From a virus (lineage: Duplodnaviria > Caudoviricetes): DNA of 64,000 nt. The stretch is from the IMG/VR virus record IMGVR_UViG_3300042356_001602. One strand, given 5' to 3'. Each line of letters starts with the position of its first letter. Position 1 is the stretch's first letter. The notes under the pieces were generated by a model that was given only the letters and a program-made list of their open reading frames with translations, did not search any database and had not been told where the DNA came from. Position numbers and translations under genes: made by a program. This document shows positions 28,601 through 38,077 of the stretch, in pieces.

Positions 28601-31600
28601 GGTAGAACTCTATCACTAAGAAAAATTTCTGATGGTACAGATACAGAAGCTCCTAGATTTGGTGTAGTTGATCAATCTGGGAATATGGTACACGACCATA
28701 AGTCTGTCTTAAATGCTTACGAATCATTCAGAAGAAGAACTCAAAGCTACGGAACACCAAAAGCTGTTATAAAAGAATTTGAAAGAAAAAATTCAGGATT
28801 CTTAGTTAACAATATAGATGGAACAAATGTTGCACTAAGTGATATTACTTCAGAGTCTCAACTAAGACAATTTGCAGTTCAAGAATTAGACCTGGCTAGA
28901 GAAGCCTCTGTGGGCGTAAGGTCTTCTGGTCAAGACCCAAGGGCACTAACTGCTTCAGCAAGTATAGTTGAAAAACAGATGTCGCAATTCAACTTGACTG
29001 AACTTTCTCCAAGGTCTAATACTTCTCCTACAATCACGACAAGAATGGATGATTTAAAAGAATCAATTTTTCAATTAGCTCTACAAAGAAGATCTTTCCA
29101 ATCATCGTCTGGAAATCCTGGTCAAATAGCTATTGATATAGAAGAAATTGTTTCTGACCTAAGATCAAGAAATATAATAAGTCAATCTCAAGCAACAGAA
29201 GCTAGAGCGGCAGGCCTTTCTGCGATGCTAAACTTTGTTGCCTTTGGAGGATACAAGAGATCAGCTACAGAAGGTTCAAACTTATCTCAAGCAATATCTG
29301 GCCTGTTAGATGTAAGAGCAGATTCAACAACTAGTCCATCCTATAAGGCTTTGTTCTCACCTTTCACGACAGGTAGGGTCGCTAACGTTGGCAGTAGCGG
29401 ATTTGGTAGCAGTTTCACAGATATAATAAGACCATCTATAGTTTCAAATTTTAAACCAGCAGATTATAGTCTAAATGAACTTGCATCTAATCCATTAGGA
29501 AATCAAGGAACAGTTTTTGCTCCAACATTTGGAACTGCTGTTGGAGCAGTTGGCTTTAAAAGAGCTGCAAAGAGTGCATTAGGTATAGGAACTTATAACG
29601 ATGCACAAGGTTTTAGTTCTGGTTCAGTTCCTATCTCTCATGGAGTTGAAAGATTAAATAAATACTTTGAAACATTTGGCCTAGGACTAGACACCTCTCA
29701 ATATGGTGGTCCCTTGGATCTATATACAAGAGGAATGGTTGCGAAAAGAGTTCTACCTTTGCTTGCGGGAGGAACAGCATTAGTAGCCGCAGATAGAACA
29801 ATTGGTGGCGTCGTAAATGACAAAGACGAAGAAGGCAATAGGGTATATTCTCCTTACCTTTTAGGCAAGGCAGCAAGAGGAGCAGTTGAAGTACAATCTG
29901 CTTTCTCAGGAATAACTCCTGGCGGAATGTCTTACGGTGAAAAAAAGGAACAATTAACTGAAGGCGAAGTTCCAATTAAGCAAGGAAGGTTTTGGCCACT
30001 TGGAGTAACTCCATTTGAGGGTGGCAAAACAATGTACTACAGACCTTCTTATTATAGAAGGCTGCAAGCGGGAGCATCTTACACCAAGGAGTCTTTTGGA
30101 AATCCATTAGAAAGACTTGCTTTTGGATACGACTTTTCACCACTAAGGCCATTTGACCCATACAGGTTTGAAAGACAACACTATGAAGATAGACCATACC
30201 CTGTAACTGGTGAATACTTTTCTGGACCATTTGGACCATTAACTCCTTTATTAAATGCAACTGTAGGAAAAGTACTAAAACCACAGATAAGAATGCATAG
30301 GCAAGAAGTTGAACAAGGGCTTGCTAACTATGATGCAGCAGGTAAGAGTGGAGCTTACAATGCTGAAGGCTTATCCGGATATGGTGGAGATCAATACGCT
30401 TCAGGATACATCGGAGGAAAAGGTTCTCCATACGGTGGAGCTTATGGATTAGGCGCTTCTGCTTTATCTGGTTCCAATCAAAGACTTTCATCTTCTGGAT
30501 CGTATTCAATGCAGAGCGCTTCGAACATGTCTTCTGCCGCTATATCAAATATAAATAGTAAATATATTGAAGCTAGCCAATATGGACCAATGCCCAGACC
30601 GGGAGTTGTTCCTCCTAATATTATCCCAGCAGGAAGGCCAGTGCCAAGTGCAAAACTTGGAATCCAAGCTGGAGACATTGGCTATAGAACTCAAGAAATG
30701 GCTGGTATATACGGCTTTGGATTTGCTTCCATGAGAGAAGGTTATGGTTTTGGTCAGTCTGACTTTCAACCACAGGTTTCAGTTCTTCAGTCTGCATCTA
30801 AAGCTTATGGATCAGGAAGAGCATTTTGGGACCTAAACTTAGGTGGATTAGGTGACGTTCCTATTAAGCCAGAAGGTGCCCTTGGTAATATAGAAATATC
30901 TGAAATTGTTAGAAGATTTATTCCAAAAGAAAGAACAGATGTTACGCAGCTAAATCCTATAGCAAATACTATGGGTGTTAAATATCCATTCTTGCCAGGT
31001 TCAAATTATTTTAATAACTTTAAACAAGGAGATCCTTTTACTAAAGTTCCAGAAGGAGAAATAAGACTACCAGGTATTGGCTATAGAAGACTAAACCCAA
31101 ACATGGGAGACTACAACGACCCTCTAACGCAGTTGGATATTCTTTCCGACGTTGCACCTTACTCTAAAGAATTTAGATCTCTTAATAATAAAACTAGTGC
31201 ATCTTCTTTAGATCCAGGGCAAAGAGAAAAGCTAGATCAAATACGAGCACAGGTAGCTGATACAACTAAGAAATACGATTTTACGCCTTATAAATATAAG
31301 TACTCTTCTCCAGAAGAGCTTGGCATGTCGAAAACAAGATTTGGCGTTTCTAGAATTGGTGAATATATAGCTCATAGAGATACTTTCATCAACACTAAGA
31401 TCATGCCCAATAGGACCGCTCAAGAAGATTGGGAAAGAAGAAATGTTTATGGTGCAACATTTCCGGAATGGCAAAATCCAATTGAAAGCTTTATCAAGCC
31501 AATGTATTTTAAGTCTCAAGGAAGAAGTCCATTAACTAGTGGATTGATGATGGCTGGAGTTGGTGCAGCTTTTGGTAGAACTCCCAACGCTAAGACTGCT

Positions 31601-32347
31601 GGAACGTTAATTGGTTTCGCAACAGGCGCTGGCTATAGCATGTATAATAAGGCTAGACAAGCTGTAACTGGTGAAAGATTTATTCCACAAGAAAGAAAAA
31701 AACAATTAGCATTAGAAGAGAATATAGATATTCTAAACTATGTTAAGAATACTTCTTTAGCTAATCGAGCCGAAGAAATTGGAGACACTCAAGGGGCAGC
31801 TCAATTTAGACAAGCTGCTAAAAGAACAATGTATGGGGCAGACATTTATGGTGCGTCAGTAGATACTTTGTCTTTGGCCATACCAAAAAGAAAACGTGAA
31901 CACTTTAAAGCTATGATAAATGCTCCAGTTGAGGAAAGGGAAAAAATACTTTCTACAGCACCAAGGTTAGAGAGAAGAATTTATGAAGCGTCATGGGGCA
32001 TGAAGGTAGAACAAAGGCCAGATTTAGTTGAGCACTTTTCTAGACATGAGTTACCCGGTGCTTCTTGGGAGGGCTGGAACCCAAGTACCAACATGGAACA
32101 TGTTAAAATTAATATGGGTCAATCAATGGGAATCAATATGGCACAAATGGGTTACTATCCACAACAGATAAAAGAAGCAAACTTAGCAAACCCTAGTTAC
32201 CCAAGCTTTAGTCAAAAGTCAAACCCAACAGATGTTGGGCAACAGATCAGGATGATGATGATTAGAAATGGCATATCAGGAAGTGTTGTTCCTGTGATGA
32301 ACGGTTCTGGTTCTTCTGGTGTAGATATATATTCTGGTGTTAGGTAA
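25691..32347 (+). CDS. Tape-measure-like / ejected virion protein, 2218 aa
   Basis: Very long Ala/Gly/Ser-rich ORF directly after the chaperones, with hydrophobic Gly/Ala segments (LPLLAGGTALVAA; GLMMAGVGAAFG...LIGFATGAG). Confidence 0.65.
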   Translation: MIRNRGPISTLGYNLTSRDLPVDEGETEGPSPNSGAIAKALNGHPVMRFFASAATALVATHVSSKFVSAGGIKLATKIQRASDSGGQYAGAATRFIESASKIKKALDELEGVHRSIDGVDPSDVYSKLVFESGGQRLKQNLDRVTGGRFLLEAGSYLKTSEIRAAGRGITHEPPAVWTLKDDIQQLLTRRARNLASELPAMYVAQRVVTEPLYGGGDRRDRGKWYNPVDVISDFARQSTINIASMLTPLELGGAGLSRAKFLASAPYSKNPNLVLTARQTKLSESFLDIKTILGSFGQDVQKITTGLTRNSTALGVAFSSAADTVQASSGSSVFALQQARRGQQKAAQAASDRGAGKLQVAASKVKSYLFGHEVNNPLDIDNNQTFQGAIDAIPAMRGTTTGAKNFRTRFRTARTAYDVLDGAISYDEALRKVSGSVSGTPDDVSKALLSSTILKVRDLHSSKFTDFSNSLLAGIETAEGGSGGISAKEMSRDMQVNEYKKNLRYNLINSGVNEDTANRLIRSVDISEVPRSFSGATNITRRLNFGTSKLIDDNNENDFFDQIVKRLTHTTGYSDPTLTKDALAASVELTDILFSQKEFQQRLNARISSSWSELYDKVHTESARRLVKPQKINYQDFEGDISPDKVDYLSRSVADVMGIKLTDADGRRLSKSVIGDSLARRGINVDDTGQLRAYLIENRRMSSPLFKDGFNILGLKPLLIDEAFDKGIFNYLDTEQKGVIEEMVGNIARTDPLSSTIGYSEMKGVYQTRSGQVLDTTRITGMLSRAVDFVRDQTQIPVIKFNPLDMIGQGGAQGVDKRKMFQYAEGFSNQPFGELGSQSPDLFIFSQEKRGFFGPKGSISVLSRDSNNDPVINKLSGMYRQFSTSENDMFARASKSVAQRQLTLALQARGPQDDSSLGFLDKVKKKFDVAEEQQNSLARFTGRFLRRKNDIKNPTVFARLMANEEISTGRGRTLSLRKISDGTDTEAPRFGVVDQSGNMVHDHKSVLNAYESFRRRTQSYGTPKAVIKEFERKNSGFLVNNIDGTNVALSDITSESQLRQFAVQELDLAREASVGVRSSGQDPRALTASASIVEKQMSQFNLTELSPRSNTSPTITTRMDDLKESIFQLALQRRSFQSSSGNPGQIAIDIEEIVSDLRSRNIISQSQATEARAAGLSAMLNFVAFGGYKRSATEGSNLSQAISGLLDVRADSTTSPSYKALFSPFTTGRVANVGSSGFGSSFTDIIRPSIVSNFKPADYSLNELASNPLGNQGTVFAPTFGTAVGAVGFKRAAKSALGIGTYNDAQGFSSGSVPISHGVERLNKYFETFGLGLDTSQYGGPLDLYTRGMVAKRVLPLLAGGTALVAADRTIGGVVNDKDEEGNRVYSPYLLGKAARGAVEVQSAFSGITPGGMSYGEKKEQLTEGEVPIKQGRFWPLGVTPFEGGKTMYYRPSYYRRLQAGASYTKESFGNPLERLAFGYDFSPLRPFDPYRFERQHYEDRPYPVTGEYFSGPFGPLTPLLNATVGKVLKPQIRMHRQEVEQGLANYDAAGKSGAYNAEGLSGYGGDQYASGYIGGKGSPYGGAYGLGASALSGSNQRLSSSGSYSMQSASNMSSAAISNINSKYIEASQYGPMPRPGVVPPNIIPAGRPVPSAKLGIQAGDIGYRTQEMAGIYGFGFASMREGYGFGQSDFQPQVSVLQSASKAYGSGRAFWDLNLGGLGDVPIKPEGALGNIEISEIVRRFIPKERTDVTQLNPIANTMGVKYPFLPGSNYFNNFKQGDPFTKVPEGEIRLPGIGYRRLNPNMGDYNDPLTQLDILSDVAPYSKEFRSLNNKTSASSLDPGQREKLDQIRAQVADTTKKYDFTPYKYKYSSPEELGMSKTRFGVSRIGEYIAHRDTFINTKIMPNRTAQEDWERRNVYGATFPEWQNPIESFIKPMYFKSQGRSPLTSGLMMAGVGAAFGRTPNAKTAGTLIGFATGAGYSMYNKARQAVTGERFIPQERKKQLALEENIDILNYVKNTSLANRAEEIGDTQGAAQFRQAAKRTMYGADIYGASVDTLSLAIPKRKREHFKAMINAPVEEREKILSTAPRLERRIYEASWGMKVEQRPDLVEHFSRHELPGASWEGWNPSTNMEHVKINMGQSMGINMAQMGYYPQQIKEANLANPSYPSFSQKSNPTDVGQQIRMMMIRNGISGSVVPVMNGSGSSGVDIYSGVR

Positions 32348-32353
32348 TAATAA

Positions 32354-35300
32354 ATGAGTACAGTAAATCCAAAGCTTAGGCAAAGGGCAGCACAATTAGC
32401 ACTTAGCACAATTCCGAAGTACGCCAACATAACTGTCAGCATAGATGCAGATGGCAATATTGTATATACAGATAAAGTAACTGGTAATACCAGTTTGAAC
32501 ACTCCTGATGATGTCGTAAACAGTAGACTAGGTTTAGTCGACTATAGATTCTTTGATCCAGGGACAGGAAGAGGTCCATTAGCTAGTATAGGATCTAATG
32601 CAGGAGCACTGCAGCTAGACAGTGAAGTTATGGTTGTTAACCAGTTCTTGCGTGCAGCAAGAACTGATCCAGCAAAAGCTCAACAATTGAGAAATCTTGG
32701 CTTAGGTCATATGATTGGTGAAGAAGTAACTGGAGAATTTCTTAAGTTTAATACTCGTGGACAAAGCAGTATAGTTCAAAGTGTGAAAAGACTTGCCGCA
32801 CAAAAGGGAGCAGCTTCAACATCTATAACTGATGAGGGCTATTCACTCTTAGTCCTTAAAGGAAAAAATCGTGACGTTACAGCAACTCAAGCATCTTATC
32901 TGCGAATACTTTCTGGAGCAGAACAAGTACAGCCTAGATTTTTAGCTCAATTAGCTGAAGTTAGTGAAGACGGTACTCAAAATTGGTCCAAGATTGGAAA
33001 GCTAGCAAAAAGACTTCAAAGCACAATGTCGCCTAGAAACGTTGCAGTTGGAGAAGAATTTATAAAAACAATTTTAGATACAACACTAACAGCTAAAGGT
33101 CCATTTTCCTATACTGTTCCCTTTCACGATCGAGCATTAGTGATAGATGGAGTTGGAGCTAGATTTGCATTAATGTTTGGAGACCCAACAACTGACTACG
33201 GGATGACTGCTGCTGAAAGAGAATTTGCTATGGCAGGAGTTGGCGGAGATCCCATAATATTAACTAAAGCGGAAAAAGCCCTTAGAGGAAAAGCTAGACA
33301 AGATATCATGAAAATGAAGTGGGATCAAACACTTATTAGAAGAAAAGATATAGAACTAGGTTTACTAAGAACAACACATGGTATGCAAGACAATGAAATT
33401 AATATAATTCAACAGATGTTTGATGAAGCTAGCACAGAATTGGCAGATTCAAGTCACAGAGTGCACACTGATGCAAAGTACAAAGGCATGACACGTGTGC
33501 AAAAACAATTTGAATTAATGAAAGAAAAAGCAAAAGGGTTACGAAAAAGTGGTGTACCGATTGGTGAAACTATAGGTAGTAAATTAGAATCAACTTTTAC
33601 TGCAATGGAAAAAGCTAGAGATGGACAATATTATATAACTGAATCTTTAGTAAAAGATATGAGGGCTGGTTTTCAGTCTGAGTTAGATTCTATAGTAAAC
33701 AGAATTAATTCAGCCGGAGTTACAACCACTTTAGAACAAACGCAAACAGTTAGAGAACTTCAAAAACAGATAGAACATCTAAACAATACACTTAAAAAAA
33801 TAGAATCTAATTCAGATGTTATAGCGAGAGTAAACATAGGCATTGGCCAATTCAAAGGTGAAGCTATGGTTATTAGTGATAGCAGAGCAAAAAGATTTAG
33901 AGATCCAATAACTGGATTGGTACCATATGTCATAGGTGATGTATCAGCCTTAAAAAAAGAAGTTGGAAGTAATCTTGCAAGAAATATATTGTTCGACGTA
34001 GGAGAAAGTTCAACCAAAGCATTTTCAGATCCATTGATGATGCTATACCATGGTGATTACTTTACTCAACCAGCAATGATTGCATCTATGAGACAAAACG
34101 CAGCATATAGTCTGGAGAAAACTCAACAATTTATGCAATCTGGACTTGCTCCTAAAGAGGTAATGGAAGCCCTTAGGAGTGATATAGAAGGCGACTTAAA
34201 AGTAATAAAAGACGTAATGCTAGACCCACAAACAAGAATGTCACATCTTCGCAAAAAAAGAGAAGCAGAAGAAATTATGACACAAATGGCTAGTGGCATT
34301 AGAGCAAATGAAATACCGGCTATGGTTAGAAGAGTTTCTGATCACTACAGTGCTCAAGTTGTTAGATTCAAAGATGGTAGATCAGATGTAGTTATGCCAA
34401 CAGCTAGCAGATTTAGTTTAAGAACTTTTGAATCAAGACAAGTTCTAGCAGAAGAATTTGATAATATACGCAAGACTTCTGTAGACCTTGCTCATTATGG
34501 AATAAAAAGTAGCGGTTCGGATACTCTTAATACCGTAGGATTTAGACTTAGGGGACACACCCTCATGATGAGCGGTAGTGCAGCGTATCTGTACCAACAC
34601 TCATTGGGAGGATTCGACTTAGACGACAAAGGTATACCTTTGATGTCAACTTTTCAAGGTCCTGGTGGCAAAAAAAGATTAGCATTCCTTACCTTAAGGC
34701 AGCCCACTTCTTTCCAAGAGTCTTTAGCAATGAGTGCAGATCTTTCAGATGCGGAAACAGTTCATTCATTATTTGAAAATAATGAAAAGTTTAGGTTAGC
34801 TCTTGAAGACGATACTGTTCTTTCTGCTCTTGGAATAGACAAAAAAAGTAAAGCCTATCAAGATTTAAATAAGATGGTTAATGGAAGTAAAGCTGATCGC
34901 AGTAGTCTAGATAGGGGAAATGTTAACCAAGACCAAGTAGAAGATTATATTATAAGGATATCTGAACAATATGTATACCCAGAAGGTCTACCTCAATTAA
35001 CTAATTCTCAAGTTGTGCAAATGGTTGCGGCTAAAAGTCCATCTGTGTTGGGTCTAGACAAAATAATTAAAGATCCTGTGACCGGAAAATTATCTCCATT
35101 TGGTGACTATATTAAAAGTCTTGGAATGGATCCAAGTGAGATACCAGTAGGATATGATTCTGATTTAATATTCCAAGTTTTAAAAAAATCAGCAGACCAA
35201 GATTATAACACTAGACTTTTAGCAGAGGCTTCTAGCACATTAGGCTATGCAGTTAGAGATGCAGATCACATAGGAGAAATCTTAAGAGGTGGTGGAACAG

Positions 35301-37591
35301 GATTTAGACCCGGAGATGATGTAAGGCTTACGGCAATCATTACCAGATTAGCAGAAGATATCATGGCACAGTCAGCTAATTCGGATCCTGCAAGTAGTAT
35401 CGGAGTATTTGTAAACAGACAATCTACTTCTGTAAGCGTTTTGGAATCATCTAGAAAAATTCTTTTAGAAGATACAAAACTAGGAGTTGCCGTAGACAGC
35501 CCTGCTTACGATAGGTTTGTGGGAATGTCTTCAATGTTGACACTTCCAGCTTCTGAGGCTGTTGACGTCAATAAACAAGTTGGAGCAGAGTATGTTCTTC
35601 ACAACTTTGGTACTGCGGTAGGTCTAGCTAAACAGCAAGGAGTGCCTGAAGACGCAATAGAACAGGCGTTAGAAGCTTACGTTAAGACTTTAGAAAGCCC
35701 TACCTTTTCTCCACTAGCAGCAATTGGTAGTATACGAGGGCTTAATGCAGCTGAATTAGATGCTTTGAATATACCTATGGAATTGTCTAGTTTTGGTGAA
35801 GAATCTCTTAGAGCATTTTCTTCAGTTGGGTACGTTAGAGGTAGACAGATGGCTGAACAAGTATCCCGTACAGGTTCAATTGACGTAAATGAATTATACG
35901 GATTACAACAAACAATGTTTGAAGGCGAGTTTGGTAGAGTAGGTGTAGGAGCAGACCAAGCTACAGTAGCACAAGAGATAGTAAGAGGTTTACAAACAGC
36001 TAGTGATGAACTAACTGCTGGACCAGAAAAAGATGCCCTAGAATCACAGTTGAGGGAATTAAGGATGCTAACCACTGAAGCGTCATTACAATCAATGTAC
36101 ATGACACCGGGAACAAATGCTTATCAGAGATACGCTGAGCTAGACCAAATGACCAGAGCTATAATGGATATACGATCTGGCGCAGAAGCAGTTTCTAATC
36201 AAGCGATCATGAATGCAAGAAATGCTGGAAGGAATCTAGATCCAGTATCAAGAGCACAATATCAAGACCCTGTAGAGAATGTTGTAGGTATAGTTTCTCA
36301 AGGAATAAAAAGCTTAAAAAATAAAGTAACATCTTTAAAAACAGGTGATGACCTGAGTGCCTTAGGCATAAAGTCACTAAGAACAGAAGTCCTAAGCGAT
36401 ATACATAGTGGCTTATCTGCAGCAATGAGCGCAGCTGGAATAGATGTTGTAACACCTACTCCAGGTGATGCAAATAAAGCATTAGACATAATGGAAACAC
36501 TTTCTGCAAGTTTACAATCAAAACTTGGATATGAGACTAGCAAGCTTTTGATGTCGCCAACATTGTTAGAAGATGGATCGGACGCTGGAATAACAACGAT
36601 GGCAGATATGAGTTCTGCTATGACAAAAAGAATTACTGCAAACTCTTCCTTAAAAAGAGCTGACAAGTTAGCAGTAATGAGAGCTGAAGATGCATACGCA
36701 TCAATTGGACAACTAAGGGCAAGAGCAGGACAAATACTTGCTGATAAAGAATATGCACCTTTTGGCGTATTACCAGGACTGATGCCTGCAAAAACTTTGT
36801 CAACTAACCTAGCTGACATGACAACAGATGAAGCTCAAGCTATAATTGATGCATCTAGAAAAATAAGAAAAGGAAAAGGTGGAACAGCTAGGGCATTATC
36901 TGTTGAGGAAACTATAATAACCCAATTTGCTGGCAGAGTAAAGGACGGTGTTGATGGAATGATGACCGACCAACTTTTTAGACCTGGAGAGACAGCAGAA
37001 TCAGCAAATGCTTTTATGTATCACGTAGCTGGTAGAGGACAATTAAAAGCAGCGGGAGAACAAGCTGCTGAAGCTATGAAGGGTTTTTTATCTGGGGCTG
37101 ATATACCTACCGTGGCTAGAGACGCAGTAGCAAGATCAAGGTCAACAGCAAGAACTGCTTTTTCAGCAGGTACGGCATATAAAAGAATTAGCGAATCCTT
37201 TAAGACTGGTGCCTTAGGTGACGCTCTTAAGAATAAGGGCGTTAGAACAGGTCTGGCAGCTGCTGCAGCCCTTTCTGTCTTTGGTTTCGTCAAGTCTTAT
37301 AGGAGGGATCATTCTCCCGATGACGCATCAGGGCCACCTCTGCTTCCAGGAGGTAGTGCATATGAGTCTGGGTATCCAGCTAGGCAAGCAGTCATAGACA
37401 ATCTGCGCACCTTAAATCCATCAACTAGAGGAATGCAATACAAAGTTTATACTTCAGGTTCTAGCACAGATGCAGAAAAATTAAGATCTATGGTTGGTGG
37501 TGTTACAGATGGTCAAGTTAACAGTACTATGTATAGTAGCCTCCCACTTCTAGGACAAGATCCCTATTCTCAAGTGGCATCCCAATTTTAG
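32354..37591 (+). CDS. Large virion protein, 1745 aa (second tape-measure-region protein; possible two-barrel RNA polymerase-like domain)
   Basis: Helical, with a C-terminal hydrophobic segment. Motifs RVNIGIGQFKG...S.LK, LGGFDLDDK and RQPT (see findings). Confidence 0.55.
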   Translation: MSTVNPKLRQRAAQLALSTIPKYANITVSIDADGNIVYTDKVTGNTSLNTPDDVVNSRLGLVDYRFFDPGTGRGPLASIGSNAGALQLDSEVMVVNQFLRAARTDPAKAQQLRNLGLGHMIGEEVTGEFLKFNTRGQSSIVQSVKRLAAQKGAASTSITDEGYSLLVLKGKNRDVTATQASYLRILSGAEQVQPRFLAQLAEVSEDGTQNWSKIGKLAKRLQSTMSPRNVAVGEEFIKTILDTTLTAKGPFSYTVPFHDRALVIDGVGARFALMFGDPTTDYGMTAAEREFAMAGVGGDPIILTKAEKALRGKARQDIMKMKWDQTLIRRKDIELGLLRTTHGMQDNEINIIQQMFDEASTELADSSHRVHTDAKYKGMTRVQKQFELMKEKAKGLRKSGVPIGETIGSKLESTFTAMEKARDGQYYITESLVKDMRAGFQSELDSIVNRINSAGVTTTLEQTQTVRELQKQIEHLNNTLKKIESNSDVIARVNIGIGQFKGEAMVISDSRAKRFRDPITGLVPYVIGDVSALKKEVGSNLARNILFDVGESSTKAFSDPLMMLYHGDYFTQPAMIASMRQNAAYSLEKTQQFMQSGLAPKEVMEALRSDIEGDLKVIKDVMLDPQTRMSHLRKKREAEEIMTQMASGIRANEIPAMVRRVSDHYSAQVVRFKDGRSDVVMPTASRFSLRTFESRQVLAEEFDNIRKTSVDLAHYGIKSSGSDTLNTVGFRLRGHTLMMSGSAAYLYQHSLGGFDLDDKGIPLMSTFQGPGGKKRLAFLTLRQPTSFQESLAMSADLSDAETVHSLFENNEKFRLALEDDTVLSALGIDKKSKAYQDLNKMVNGSKADRSSLDRGNVNQDQVEDYIIRISEQYVYPEGLPQLTNSQVVQMVAAKSPSVLGLDKIIKDPVTGKLSPFGDYIKSLGMDPSEIPVGYDSDLIFQVLKKSADQDYNTRLLAEASSTLGYAVRDADHIGEILRGGGTGFRPGDDVRLTAIITRLAEDIMAQSANSDPASSIGVFVNRQSTSVSVLESSRKILLEDTKLGVAVDSPAYDRFVGMSSMLTLPASEAVDVNKQVGAEYVLHNFGTAVGLAKQQGVPEDAIEQALEAYVKTLESPTFSPLAAIGSIRGLNAAELDALNIPMELSSFGEESLRAFSSVGYVRGRQMAEQVSRTGSIDVNELYGLQQTMFEGEFGRVGVGADQATVAQEIVRGLQTASDELTAGPEKDALESQLRELRMLTTEASLQSMYMTPGTNAYQRYAELDQMTRAIMDIRSGAEAVSNQAIMNARNAGRNLDPVSRAQYQDPVENVVGIVSQGIKSLKNKVTSLKTGDDLSALGIKSLRTEVLSDIHSGLSAAMSAAGIDVVTPTPGDANKALDIMETLSASLQSKLGYETSKLLMSPTLLEDGSDAGITTMADMSSAMTKRITANSSLKRADKLAVMRAEDAYASIGQLRARAGQILADKEYAPFGVLPGLMPAKTLSTNLADMTTDEAQAIIDASRKIRKGKGGTARALSVEETIITQFAGRVKDGVDGMMTDQLFRPGETAESANAFMYHVAGRGQLKAAGEQAAEAMKGFLSGADIPTVARDAVARSRSTARTAFSAGTAYKRISESFKTGALGDALKNKGVRTGLAAAAALSVFGFVKSYRRDHSPDDASGPPLLPGGSAYESGYPARQAVIDNLRTLNPSTRGMQYKVYTSGSSTDAEKLRSMVGGVTDGQVNSTMYSSLPLLGQDPYSQVASQF

Positions 37592-37602
37592 GATTTTAAA
37601 AT

Positions 37603-38074
37603 ATGATTGTTCGGTTCAGACAACCAAAACAAAAATCTTTCTGACGCTGCAACTAAAAAGCCAGATGCAAGCAGAAAAACTTTAACTGGTAATAAGTACG
37701 CTGCCAAGATAGCTTCTGGTGCAGGTAGGTCAGTTTCTCATAATGTTGAAAATAAAAATAATATAGAAGCTGAAGGAAAGACAAGCCCAAATATTAAAAG
37801 GTCAGACCCAATTAGGGGATCGTTTGAAGGATTGAACAATCAATCTTCTACAATGATTCAGATGAACGGAACTGGGTATGCAGATCCGGCAATACAAAAA
37901 GCAAGATACAGTAAAAAAGATGTAACCTCAATAGCACAAAGTATGAACGGTGCTTCTAACTTTACATCTTTTAAAAAAAGTGGTACAATTACTAATTACA
38001 GCTCTATAGCAGCAACAAACACTTCAGCTTTTAAACTGGGTGGAATGTTAGAAGTTAACAAATATTTTAGGTAG
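37603..38074 (+). CDS. Hypothetical protein (~155 aa); start is TTG37607, or ATG37603 via a CGG-T +1 shift at 37612
   Basis: ORF 37607-38074 is open; ATG37603 lies 9 nt after AGGA and reads ATG ATT GTT CGG T. Confidence 0.55.
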
Positions 38075-38077
38075 ATT

